From Bacteroidota bacterium (lineage in GTDB: Bacteria; Bacteroidota; Ignavibacteria; UBA10030): a stretch of 64,000 nucleotides of DNA. Position 1 is the stretch's first letter. Each line of letters starts with the position of its first letter. Below the pieces are notes generated by a model. The model was not told where the DNA came from. It did not search any database and saw only the letters and a program-made list of their open reading frames with translations. This document shows, piece by piece, positions 20,075 to 28,768 of this stretch. Location: assembly GCA_021813905.1 (NCBI GenBank), contig JAKAJH010000001.1:62738-126737 (forward strand). The letters are read 5' to 3'. The translations under genes were made by a program, and so were the position numbers.

Positions 20075-22585
20075 TCAAGCGCCGTCCACCCACTGTTTCA
20101 GTTTTGCTTCATATTCGTTCGCCAATCGCTGAGCCGCCGCCACGTCGGATGATTCCGCGAGGACGTGGAACACGGGTCGGGAGCGGTCGGGTTTGAGCAG
20201 GACGGACGCATGATCACCGTAGCCGGCCGGCAGCAGCTTCACCCCTTCGATCAATTCGCGCCGCAATCCTTCGGAATCCTTCATCAGATGCCGCATCACG
20301 GTGCCCTTCAGGTGCCACGGACACGTGACATCCTTCTTGAGCAAATGCAGTCGCGGCGTTTCGTTATCGATGGTCCCGATCGATTTGCCGCTCGACGCGA
20401 TGAACTGCAGCAGGCGAGCCACGGAATACATGCCGTCCGAGGCGAACAGGAATTCGGGGAAGATGAATCCGCCCTTCGTGCCGCCGACGAACGCAATATC
20501 CTTGTGCGAGGCCGCGTCCATGAGCGCCAGATGACTGTCACGGGTGCGCGTCACGGTGAATCCGAATTCCTTTGCGATCAGGTCCACCTCGCCCGACGCT
20601 GACACCGGTACGGCGACGCGCCGTACGTTCCGCATGCACAACGCCGCATACTTCAGCATGAGCGTCAGCAGCCGGTCGCTGTCGATCAGCCCGCCGTGCT
20701 CATCGATGACGTACAGCTTCTCCGCGCCCGCGTCGAGCATGCAGCCGACATCATACTTCAGCGACGTGACGACGTACGCGAGCTGCTTCAGCGACTGGTC
20801 GAATTCCTCCGCCGTCCGCGTGAGCTTGCGCGCGTCGAGATACGCGTTCAGCGACACCACCTGCACGTTCAGGTTCCCGAGAATGTTGGGAAAGATGGAA
20901 GAGGCGACCCCGTTCGAATAGTCGATTACCATCTTCAAACCCGACGTCCGGAGCACATCGGTATGGACGCTGGCCAGGAACCGCTCGATGTAGCTCTCCG
21001 TGGTTCGCTCCGGGAAGGTGATGGACCCGACATGCTCGTAGTTCGCCCGCGGAAAATCCTCCCCGAAAAAGAGGCGTTCCACCGACTTCGTCTTGTTGGT
21101 CGGCAGGTCTTTGCCGTGCCCGTCGAAGAAGATGATGTCGGTGCAGTTCCTGTCGAAGGGAGATTTTCGTACGTGAAATCCGCCCCGCTCCTTGCCGCTG
21201 CGCAGCTCGTGCCGTACGATCGGGATGGATGAGGTGCGCAGGTCCACGCAGGTGACCCCGGCGGACATCAGCCCCGTCATGAGCGCGCGGTTCATCATCC
21301 GGGAAACATTGTCCGAGTCGCGGCTGGTGACGACCGAGGACCCGGGACCGACGAACGCACCGAACGCCGCCCCGAGTTTCGCCCCGAATTCGGGGTTCAT
21401 TTCGATGTTGGAAAGCCCTGTGACCCGTGAGTCTGTGAAGAGCTCCCGCAGCCACCGGTCCTCCCAGACCAGGCTGCGCGTGACGACGGAGCCTTCCTCG
21501 ACCCGCTTCTCCGGCCAGAGCTTGATGTTGGACATCAACTTGCTGCGATTGCCGACAATGCACGCGTCGCTGATGAACACATTCTCCAGGATCATCGCAT
21601 CATCGCCGATCACGCACCGGCTTCCGACGACGTCCAGCGTCAGCTCGCTCCGGGTCCCGATGCGCGTGCCGCTCCAGACGACCGAATTACGGATCGCGGC
21701 CGCCGGCAGCACCTCGCAGTCGTCTCCGATCACCGCATTGCTGAGGACCACGTCGCGATGGATGCGGCAGTTGCGGCCGATGAGGCATGTTCCCGTGATG
21801 TTCTTCGGATCAGTCTCGAGCGTTGACCCTTCGCCCACAATGGCATTGCCCCGGCGCGTTCCCTCCAACGTGAGGCGCACGTTGCCGTGCAGAATATCCA
21901 TCTGCGCGTCCTGATACTCGTTCAGACTGCCGATGTCCCGCCAGTAACCGTCCGCGACGTAGCCGTAGAGGCTCATTCCCCTTTCCAGCATGAGCGGAAA
22001 GAGATTCTTGCCGAAGTCGAATTCTTCTTTCTCAGGGATGAGATCAAGGACTTCCGGTTCAATGATGTAGATGCCCGTATTGATGGTGTCGCTGAACACC
22101 TCTCCCCACGAGGGTTTCTCAAGAAAGCGCGTAATGGCGCCGTCGGCCGAAGTCAGCACGACGCCGAACTGAAGCGGATTGGCCGCCCGCGTTAGAACCA
22201 GCGTGGCTTTTGCCTTCTTTGATTCATGGTATTGGATGGCCGCCGTCAGGTCAAAGTCGGTGAGGACGTCGCCACTGATGATCAGGAACCGCTGATCCAG
22301 GAAGTCCTTCGCGTTTCGCACGCTCCCGGCAGTGCCATAGTCGGCCTCGGCCTTCCGATATTGCATGTGCACGCCCAGCCGGGAGCCGTCGCCGAAGTGG
22401 CCGATGATGATCTCCGGCTGGTAGAAGAGGGTGCTGACGATGTCGCGGAGGCCATGCTGCTTGAGGAGCTCGACGATGTGCTCCATCATCGGCCGGTTGC
22501 CGACCGGAGCCATCGGTTTGGGAAGGTTGCTGGTGAGTGGGCGCAGGCGGGTTCCGAAGCCGCCGGCCATGATGACCGCTTTCAT
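20075..22585 (-). CDS. sugar-1-phosphate nucleotidyltransferase (ManC/GlmU-like, with LbH) fused to a phosphohexomutase-like domain
   Basis: The N-terminus MKAVIMAGGFGTRLRPLTSNLPKPM is the NTP-transferase signature. It is followed by hexapeptide repeats and then a four-subdomain PGM/PMM-like C-terminal half. I start at ATG 22585; the track's extra 26 aa (start 22663) precede the conserved N-terminus. Confidence 0.85.
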   Translation of the reverse strand: MKAVIMAGGFGTRLRPLTSNLPKPMAPVGNRPMMEHIVELLKQHGLRDIVSTLFYQPEIIIGHFGDGSRLGVHMQYRKAEADYGTAGSVRNAKDFLDQRFLIISGDVLTDFDLTAAIQYHESKKAKATLVLTRAANPLQFGVVLTSADGAITRFLEKPSWGEVFSDTINTGIYIIEPEVLDLIPEKEEFDFGKNLFPLMLERGMSLYGYVADGYWRDIGSLNEYQDAQMDILHGNVRLTLEGTRRGNAIVGEGSTLETDPKNITGTCLIGRNCRIHRDVVLSNAVIGDDCEVLPAAAIRNSVVWSGTRIGTRSELTLDVVGSRCVIGDDAMILENVFISDACIVGNRSKLMSNIKLWPEKRVEEGSVVTRSLVWEDRWLRELFTDSRVTGLSNIEMNPEFGAKLGAAFGAFVGPGSSVVTSRDSDNVSRMMNRALMTGLMSAGVTCVDLRTSSIPIVRHELRSGKERGGFHVRKSPFDRNCTDIIFFDGHGKDLPTNKTKSVERLFFGEDFPRANYEHVGSITFPERTTESYIERFLASVHTDVLRTSGLKMVIDYSNGVASSIFPNILGNLNVQVVSLNAYLDARKLTRTAEEFDQSLKQLAYVVTSLKYDVGCMLDAGAEKLYVIDEHGGLIDSDRLLTLMLKYAALCMRNVRRVAVPVSASGEVDLIAKEFGFTVTRTRDSHLALMDAASHKDIAFVGGTKGGFIFPEFLFASDGMYSVARLLQFIASSGKSIGTIDNETPRLHLLKKDVTCPWHLKGTVMRHLMKDSEGLRRELIEGVKLLPAGYGDHASVLLKPDRSRPVFHVLAESSDVAAAQRLANEYEAKLKQWVDGA

Positions 22586-22634
22586 CGGGGTTGGAGTCCG
22601 GTTCTTGTGTCGCGTGGAAACATGTTCGGAGGAA

Positions 22635-22663
22635 AAAGTAGAGAAATTTGGTGACGCATACAA
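22635..22663 (-). promoter_or_regulatory. putative promoter of the nucleotidyltransferase/PMM-like gene: TTGTAT-N17-TACTTT
   Basis: Read directly on the minus strand in the AT-rich divergent region. The spacer is exactly 17 nt, and the element lies about 45 nt upstream of ATG 22585. Confidence 0.35.
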
Positions 22664-22755
22664 ACGGGAGGCGATGTGCCATCATTTCCGATTTACCCGA
22701 CGGATTGTCGCATGAAGGTGAGTTCACGGTCGGGGCCTGTAAGTGGCTGATTTTC

Positions 22756-22784
22756 TTGACTTTTCTGAGAGAGTTTGTTACATT
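22756..22784 (+). promoter_or_regulatory. putative promoter of the GAF-GGDEF gene: TTGACT-N17-TACATT
   Basis: Read directly in the AT-rich patch with a 17-nt spacer, about 35 nt upstream of ATG 22823. It covers the track's TTG 22775 start, which I therefore reject. Confidence 0.4.
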
Positions 22785-22822
22785 TTGATAATTTTGAGGT
22801 CATCCCTATTCCTCACGTCCCA

Positions 22823-24763
22823 ATGACCGACGCCCGACGGCTGAGCACCATCCGTTCCTGGATCGAGTCGATGTCGACAGCCCAGGAAGCGGTTGTGCTT
22901 GCGGGCGTTGTGCTGTTTTTAGGGGCGCTGGCGGTGTCGTCGGGGCTCTGGCGAGTCGTGCTCCTGGTGGCGTCGGCGGCATCGATTTCGTATGTCATTG
23001 TACGGCACTGGCAGAAGGGAAGCACAGGATCGCCCCATGCCGGGGAAGAGCCTTCACCGTCAGAGGAGCAGCAGGAATCCATGAAGAAGCTCGTCTTTGA
23101 CGATTTTCAGGCGGCTGGTAAGCAGTACAAGATCCAGTTCGTGGATGAAGCCGGAAAATCCGTGGTTCCGGAAGCGGAGCGATCAGAACCGGTGGTGACT
23201 CCTCCGCCGGCCCCGTCGGAGCCGACCACGCGCGAGTTCCAGGTCGCCGACTTCCTCGAAACGCTCGAGACCACGCCGGACGAAGACGCCGGTCCCCGCA
23301 CCGAGTTCACCGGACTCATGAAGCGGCTTCTGGCGGTCGTGAAGGATTCAACCTTCGCGCATTCCGTCTGTCTCTTCTGGGTGAACCGGGATAAGAAACA
23401 ACTGGTGCTGGAGAATTCCATCTCCGACAGCACATGCTTCACAGCGCACCGGCGAATGGAATTGGGGTCGGATCTCGTGAGCCAGGTTGCGCTTTCGGGC
23501 AAGCCGCAGATGGTAAACTATCTGAACCCGAAGAGTCTGCGCGAGATGCTCCCCTATTATGACGGGGAGGAGACGGTCCGGACCTTTATCGGCGTTCCCG
23601 TGTTCCTGAGCGCGCGCCGGACGGAATCTCCGGTGGCGGTCCTGACGGTCGATTGTCTCGAAGACGATGCCTACGGGGACGAAACGATGTCCCTGCTGGC
23701 CCAGTTCACGAAATTGATCTCGTCCCTGACGAGAAGCTACACCGACAAGTATGACATGCTGCTCGATTCGGAAGTACTGCGCTCGCTCGCGCGGCTTCGC
23801 GAGCAATGCAGCATGGACCTGTCGCCGGTCAACATCACCCGCACACTTGCCGAGGAAACGACGCGGCTGGTGCCGTGGGACTACGTGTCGGTGGTGATCT
23901 TCGATGACACGCGCAAGGCATGGGTCGTCCAACAGGTCAGCAACCGGATGAACGATCCGTATATCCCGGTGTTGAGCGAGATCGACCTGCACAACAGCTT
24001 GGTCGGCAGCGTCATCGAGACCAGCATGGCAAAGATCGTCGACCGGACGGAGACCCTGACGGTCCCCCGGTTCTATCAGGCGGAACGCTGTGAGGCGAAG
24101 GGTTCATTGCTGGCGGTCCCGCTGACGTCGCTGGGCCGGTGCTACGGCGCGCTGGTGACCGAGAGCAAGGATGTCCGGTCATACTCGGAAGCGGATGCGC
24201 GTTTGCTGCAGAAGATCGCGGAAACAGCCGCCTGGGCGCTCGAAATCCTGAGCCTGACCGAGATCATGAACAACTATGTCACGCTGGATGGAGCCACCGG
24301 CGTGTCGACCCGGAAGCACTTTTTCGAGCGACTGCAGGAAGAGGTGCAGCGGGCGAATGATTTCGGAACCGATCTCGCCCTGGTCATGGTCTCGATCGAT
24401 CGGATGGACGAGCAGATCGCGCGGCACGGCAAAGAGGCGTTCGATGTGGTCCTTCAGAGCATCGGCCGCATGATGCGTAATGCTGTGCGCGGATATGACG
24501 TGGTGGGGCGGTATGACCTGAACCAGTTCGCTGTCGCGCTGGTGAATACCACGGCGAATGAAGCCTCGCTCTGGGCCGAAAAGATCCGGAAGAACGTGGC
24601 GAGCAATATCATCAATGTCGAGAACAAGAGTTTCACCGCGACCGTGAGTATCGGCGTCGCAGGTGCGACGGCGGACATGAGCGACCTCGAGCTGCTGGAA
24701 CACGCAGAGCGGGTACTCGGCAAAGCCGTCGAGACGGGGGGCAACCTCGTCCGGGTGTATTAA
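22823..24763 (+). CDS. membrane-anchored GAF-GAF-GGDEF-domain protein with degenerate GGDEF motif
   Basis: One or two N-terminal TM helices (VVLAGVVLFLGALAV, VVLLVASAASISYVIV), two GAF-like modules, and a C-terminal GGDEF-type domain (DGATGVSTRKHF, LALVMVSIDRMD, SIGVAG). The signature pentapeptide reads DLNQF and is preceded by RGYD. Confidence 0.85.
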   Translation: MTDARRLSTIRSWIESMSTAQEAVVLAGVVLFLGALAVSSGLWRVVLLVASAASISYVIVRHWQKGSTGSPHAGEEPSPSEEQQESMKKLVFDDFQAAGKQYKIQFVDEAGKSVVPEAERSEPVVTPPPAPSEPTTREFQVADFLETLETTPDEDAGPRTEFTGLMKRLLAVVKDSTFAHSVCLFWVNRDKKQLVLENSISDSTCFTAHRRMELGSDLVSQVALSGKPQMVNYLNPKSLREMLPYYDGEETVRTFIGVPVFLSARRTESPVAVLTVDCLEDDAYGDETMSLLAQFTKLISSLTRSYTDKYDMLLDSEVLRSLARLREQCSMDLSPVNITRTLAEETTRLVPWDYVSVVIFDDTRKAWVVQQVSNRMNDPYIPVLSEIDLHNSLVGSVIETSMAKIVDRTETLTVPRFYQAERCEAKGSLLAVPLTSLGRCYGALVTESKDVRSYSEADARLLQKIAETAAWALEILSLTEIMNNYVTLDGATGVSTRKHFFERLQEEVQRANDFGTDLALVMVSIDRMDEQIARHGKEAFDVVLQSIGRMMRNAVRGYDVVGRYDLNQFAVALVNTTANEASLWAEKIRKNVASNIINVENKSFTATVSIGVAGATADMSDLELLEHAERVLGKAVETGGNLVRVY

Positions 24764-24799
24764 TTCATTTCTTTCAATGTGTGGTGACAGGAGTGACGT

Positions 24800-24994
24800 A
24801 TGGCAAAGCAAACTGATTTTGCGGAAAAGGCGAAGAAGGCAGGACAGGATCGCGGCGTGAAGTGCCCGAAGTGCGGAGCCCCCAAGGTTCCCACCCTGTA
24901 TGTCCAGTCCGTCCGATCGGCGCACGGCTCGTACCGGTTCAACCGGCAGCGTGTGCAGATCTGCAAGTGCAACGAAAAGGAATACCTCGGTTAG
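24800..24994 (+). CDS. small zinc-ribbon-like protein (64 aa)
   Basis: ATG preceded by CAGGAG. Contains CPKC and CKC cysteine pairs. It fills the gap between the GGDEF gene and deoB, and is the only ORF there not explained by deoB over-extension. Confidence 0.5.
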   Translation: MAKQTDFAEKAKKAGQDRGVKCPKCGAPKVPTLYVQSVRSAHGSYRFNRQRVQICKCNEKEYLG

Positions 24995-25017
24995 GTCCGG
25001 CCGGATCACCGATCGCA

Positions 25018-26208
25018 TTGACCTCCGGTAAGGCGATACTGATCGTCCTCGACGGCCTCGGCATTGGCGCACTGCCGGATGCGGAGGTATACGGGGATGG
25101 AGGCGCCCATACGCTTCGAAGCGTCGTCCGCGCGGACGCGACCCTCTCGCTTCCGAATCTCACCCGGCTCGGACTGAGTACGGTGGCTCCGGATGCCGGA
25201 TTGCCCGCCGCCGGCGAAATCATCGGCGCGTACGGGCGCATGATGGAGCAATCGAAAGGGAAGGACAGCACGACCGGTCACTGGGAACTCGGGGGCGTGA
25301 TCACCGGGACGGCGTTTCCACTGTATCCGAACGGATTCCCCGCCGACGTGCTGGAGCGATTCCTCGCCGAAACGGGATGTGCCGGCTATCTGGGCAACAA
25401 GCCGGCGTCCGGCACGGAAATCATCCGGGAGCTCGGCGATGCGCACGTCCGCACCGGATTCCCGATTGTGTACACGTCCGGCGATTCGGTGTTTCAGATC
25501 GCAGCGCATGAGCAGGTGATCCCGGTTCCGAAACTGTACGAGATCTGCCGAATCACGCGGGAACGAGTGGTGGTCGGACGTCATCGCGTCGGCCGCGTAA
25601 TCGCCCGTCCGTTCATCGGGGCGAGCGGCGCATATACGCGCACGACGGGGCGGAAGGACTTTGCGCTGGAACCCGCCGGAAACACGATGTTCGACCTGCT
25701 CTCCCGTGCCGGCGTTGAGACGGTGGCGATCGGCAAGATCGACGACCTGTTCTGCGGACGCGGCCTCAGGACGAAGATCCACACGACGTCAAACGCCGAC
25801 GGGATTCGCACCATCATCGACACGGCCCGCCGGACGACCACCGCCTTCGTGATGGCGAACCTTGTGGACTTCGACATGCTGTACGGCCATCGACAGGATG
25901 GCGCGGGTTTCGCGCGGGCGCTGGCGGAATTCGACAATGCATTGCCGGAAATCATGCGGCATCTCGGCCCGCACGATCTTCTGATGATCACGGCGGATCA
26001 CGGCAATGATCCGGGTGATCGCAGCACCGACCACACGCGGGAGTATGTGCCGATACTTTGCTATAGTCCGTCGGGTGGGGGAAGCGCGGACCTCGGCACA
26101 CGACACACGTTCGCGGATGCCGGACGAACGGTTCTCGACTTCTTCCGGATTCCTGGCGGTGAGATCGCCGGAACGGGTTTTCTCGGAGCGGTGACGGGCG
26201 GATCGTGA
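25018..26208 (+). CDS. deoB: phosphopentomutase
   Basis: GKAILIVLDGLGIGALPDA near the N-terminus, plus FVMANLVDFDMLYGHR and ITADHGNDP motifs. The family length (~390 aa) fits TTG 25018; the track's ATG 24862 adds 52 non-homologous residues and overlaps the small ORF. Confidence 0.88.
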   Translation: MTSGKAILIVLDGLGIGALPDAEVYGDGGAHTLRSVVRADATLSLPNLTRLGLSTVAPDAGLPAAGEIIGAYGRMMEQSKGKDSTTGHWELGGVITGTAFPLYPNGFPADVLERFLAETGCAGYLGNKPASGTEIIRELGDAHVRTGFPIVYTSGDSVFQIAAHEQVIPVPKLYEICRITRERVVVGRHRVGRVIARPFIGASGAYTRTTGRKDFALEPAGNTMFDLLSRAGVETVAIGKIDDLFCGRGLRTKIHTTSNADGIRTIIDTARRTTTAFVMANLVDFDMLYGHRQDGAGFARALAEFDNALPEIMRHLGPHDLLMITADHGNDPGDRSTDHTREYVPILCYSPSGGGSADLGTRHTFADAGRTVLDFFRIPGGEIAGTGFLGAVTGGS

Positions 26209-26542
26209 AGCAGGAGTGGCGGAGCGGGCAAACCGTGGGGCGGATGATTCGCGACCGGCAACGATCGGATTCAGCGCTCCGGTCGGCCATGATTGCCGGT
26301 CTGTGCCTCGAAAGCGGGTTGTCACTGTTGACAGGTCGGCCCCGGCTGTATCGTGGCGTTCGCGGCCTCCGGATGGTTCCCCGGCCGATGCCGTGGGGCC
26401 AAAGAAAAGGTGAGATCTGACGCGGATTCGTGAAATTTTTACACCCGTTTTGTTGTTCACAGGGTGTAACAGAAAGCCGCCGGTGACGTTTCTTGTGGAT
26501 GGGGACGGTGCCGCCGGGTCAGGCAGGCAAGAAGGATAAACG

Positions 26543-27397
26543 GTGAAAATCAGCAAACAATATACGAACCGCGAAAGCCAGTCGCTCGACAAGTACCTGC
26601 AGGAGATCGGCAAGGTCGAACTGCTGTCGCCGCAGGAAGAGATCGATCTCGCCCGTCGAATCAAGAAGGGCGATCAGAAGGCGCTCGAGAAGCTGACGAA
26701 AGCGAACCTGCGCTTTGTGGTGAGCGTGGCGAAGCAGTATCAGAACCAGGGATTGTCCCTCGGCGATCTGATCAACGAAGGGAACCTGGGTCTGATCAAG
26801 GCCGCGAAGCGGTTCGATGAAACACGGGGATTCAAGTTCATCTCGTACGCGGTCTGGTGGATCCGGCAGTCGATCCTCCAGGCGCTGGCGGAGCAGTCGC
26901 GCATCGTTCGTCTGCCGCTGAACCGTGTCGGTGCGCTGAACAAGATCGGCAAGGCGTTCAGTACGCTGGAGCAGGAATTCGAACGCGAGCCGAGTGCGAG
27001 CGAGCTGGCGGAAGAGCTCGACATGTCGCTGTTCGAGGTCTCCGATACGCTGAAGATCTCGGGGCGCCATCTGTCGATGGATGCACCGTTCGCGCAGGGC
27101 GAAGACAACCGCCTGCTGGATGTCATTCAGGATAACCGGCAGCCGGCGCCCGATTCCGCGCTGATGGAGCAGTCGCTGCGGGATGAGGTGCGTCGCGCGC
27201 TCTCGACGCTGAGCGAGCGCGAGGCGCAGGTGATCAAGCTGTACTTCGGCCTGGAGCAGGAGCATTCACTGACGCTGGAGGAGATCGGCGAGAAGTTCAA
27301 CCTGACCCGCGAGCGGGTTCGCCAGATCAAGGAAAAGGCCATTCGACGTCTGCGGCACGCATCGCGCAGCAAGGCACTGCGGGCGTATCTCGGCTGA
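26543..27397 (+). CDS. rpoD: RNA polymerase sigma-70 family factor, short primary-type (SigA/RpoD-like)
   Basis: 284 aa. Regions 1.2 through 4.2 are recognisable ([73 protein letters not shown]). It lacks the long region 1.1 and non-conserved insert, as in FCB-group primary sigma factors. GTG start. Confidence 0.88.
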   Translation: MKISKQYTNRESQSLDKYLQEIGKVELLSPQEEIDLARRIKKGDQKALEKLTKANLRFVVSVAKQYQNQGLSLGDLINEGNLGLIKAAKRFDETRGFKFISYAVWWIRQSILQALAEQSRIVRLPLNRVGALNKIGKAFSTLEQEFEREPSASELAEELDMSLFEVSDTLKISGRHLSMDAPFAQGEDNRLLDVIQDNRQPAPDSALMEQSLRDEVRRALSTLSEREAQVIKLYFGLEQEHSLTLEEIGEKFNLTRERVRQIKEKAIRRLRHASRSKALRAYLG

Positions 27398-27442
27398 GCG
27401 CGGCCTTCCGCCGTTCGCATCGGTCACCGGTTGAAACGAGCG

Positions 27443-27470
27443 AGCCCCGCTGCGGCGGGGCTTTATCATC
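27443..27470 (+). terminator. rho-independent terminator after the sigma factor gene
   Basis: Perfect 8-bp stem AGCCCCGC / GCGGGGCT with loop TGCG, followed by TTATCATCATT. Confidence 0.6.
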
Positions 27471-27473
27471 ATT

Positions 27474-28136
27474 ATGCCGGCCTTCCCATACAGGAGTCTG
27501 TGGATCATCCCGGGAGCGTGTGCTCTCGTGATCGCGCTTGTCCTGCTGGAAGGGTGCGGTGCCGCGTCCCCCCGGTTCGCTTCGCGTGAGAAGACGCCGG
27601 AAACGGCACGAAAGCCGGCGAAGACGTCGGGTCCGCGATTTGCCGCCCGGGAAGCGGAAGAGGAGCGGCGGGAAGACGACCGGAGGGTGCCGCCCAAAGA
27701 GATCGAGCGTGTCACCTCGGGTGAGCGAAGTTTCCGGACAGAGAAGAATACCGCGATCACGCCGCTCGACCAGAGCAAGCTGATGCGGGCGATCTCGAAG
27801 TACATGGGTGTGCCGTATGTGCACGGCGGAGCATCGATGCAAGGCATGGATTGCTCCGGGTACACGATGACGGTCTTCCATGAAGGACTGGGCATCGACC
27901 TTCCCCGGACCAGCGCGGAGCAATCGGCGCGCGGAGAGCCGGTCGATCTCAAAAGCCTCAAGTTCGGCGACCTCGTCTTCTTCAACACGACGGGAGAGCC
28001 GGCGTCGCATGTGGGCATCTACATCGGCGACGATCTCTTCGCCCATGCGAGCGTTTCGCTCGGCGTGACCATGTCGTCGCTCCAAAGCTCGTATTACGAG
28101 AAGCGGTTCGACGGGGCCCGCCGGATCATTCAGTAG
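27474..28136 (+). CDS. NlpC/P60 (C40) peptidoglycan hydrolase lipoprotein
   Basis: Lipobox-like LLEGC after a signal peptide, a charged low-complexity linker containing a repeated PRFA(S/A)RE motif, and a C-terminal C40 domain (GMDCSGYT..., HVGIYIG, AS). Confidence 0.85.
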   Translation: MPAFPYRSLWIIPGACALVIALVLLEGCGAASPRFASREKTPETARKPAKTSGPRFAAREAEEERREDDRRVPPKEIERVTSGERSFRTEKNTAITPLDQSKLMRAISKYMGVPYVHGGASMQGMDCSGYTMTVFHEGLGIDLPRTSAEQSARGEPVDLKSLKFGDLVFFNTTGEPASHVGIYIGDDLFAHASVSLGVTMSSLQSSYYEKRFDGARRIIQ

Positions 28137-28168
28137 AACAGTTCATCGCACGGATACAATCGACGATC

Positions 28169-28759
28169 ATGATTCTGCCAATCTATCTTTACGGGACAGA
28201 CGTGCTCCGCGGGAAGGCGAAGCCGGTCAAGGAAGGTGATGAAGGCATCGTCAAGCTGGTGTACGATATGTTCGAGACCATGCACAAGGCGAACGGGATC
28301 GGACTGGCCGCGAACCAGGTGGGGGATCTGCGTCGGCTGATCGTCATCGACATCGCGGACGTCCATGAGAATGCGGAAGGGGAGGAGGAGGATGAGGCGC
28401 ATCCGACGTCGCCGGATCTTCCGCGGACGCTGGCACTGATCAATCCGGAAATCGTGGACCGCGTAGGCTCGTTGACGGTCGAAGAAGGCTGTCTGAGCAT
28501 TCCGGATGTGCGCGGCGAAGTGGAACGGCCGGAGAAGGTGCGTGTGCGGTTTCTGGATCCGAATTTCCGCCCGCAGGAAGTCCTGGCCGACGGCCTGCTG
28601 GCGCGCGTGCTCCAGCATGAGATGGACCATCTGGACGGTGTCCTCTTTACCGATCATGTCGGCAAGGGACGGAAGAGTCTGCTGATGCCGAAGCTCCGCC
28701 GGATCAAGAACGGCAACGTCGAAACAAGCTACCCGGTGGTGACGGCTGTGGAAGACTGA
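28169..28759 (+). CDS. def: peptide deformylase
   Basis: The three PDF motifs are present: GIGLAANQVG, EGCLSIP, QHEMDHLDG. An acidic insertion (EGEEEDEAHP...) lies before the LINPEI segment. Confidence 0.93.
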   Translation: MILPIYLYGTDVLRGKAKPVKEGDEGIVKLVYDMFETMHKANGIGLAANQVGDLRRLIVIDIADVHENAEGEEEDEAHPTSPDLPRTLALINPEIVDRVGSLTVEEGCLSIPDVRGEVERPEKVRVRFLDPNFRPQEVLADGLLARVLQHEMDHLDGVLFTDHVGKGRKSLLMPKLRRIKNGNVETSYPVVTAVED

Positions 28760-28768
28760 GGTGAGCGC

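Noticed and set aside
26205-26420. 71-aa ORF (GTG overlapping the deoB stop) and a 65-aa ORF (26216-26413) inside the deoB-rpoD spacer.
   Set aside because: They are Arg-rich with no motif, and they overlap each other in different frames. The region is better explained by RNA structure. I keep it only as a remote possibility under the spacer finding.
26516-26536. GGGTCAGGCAGGCAAGAAGG, reminiscent of the SRP RNA domain IV motif (CAGGUCAGGUCCGGAAGGAAGCAGCC).
   Set aside because: The resemblance is short. No complementary strand forms the conserved helix 8. The stretch overlaps the ribosome-binding region and start of the sigma factor gene.
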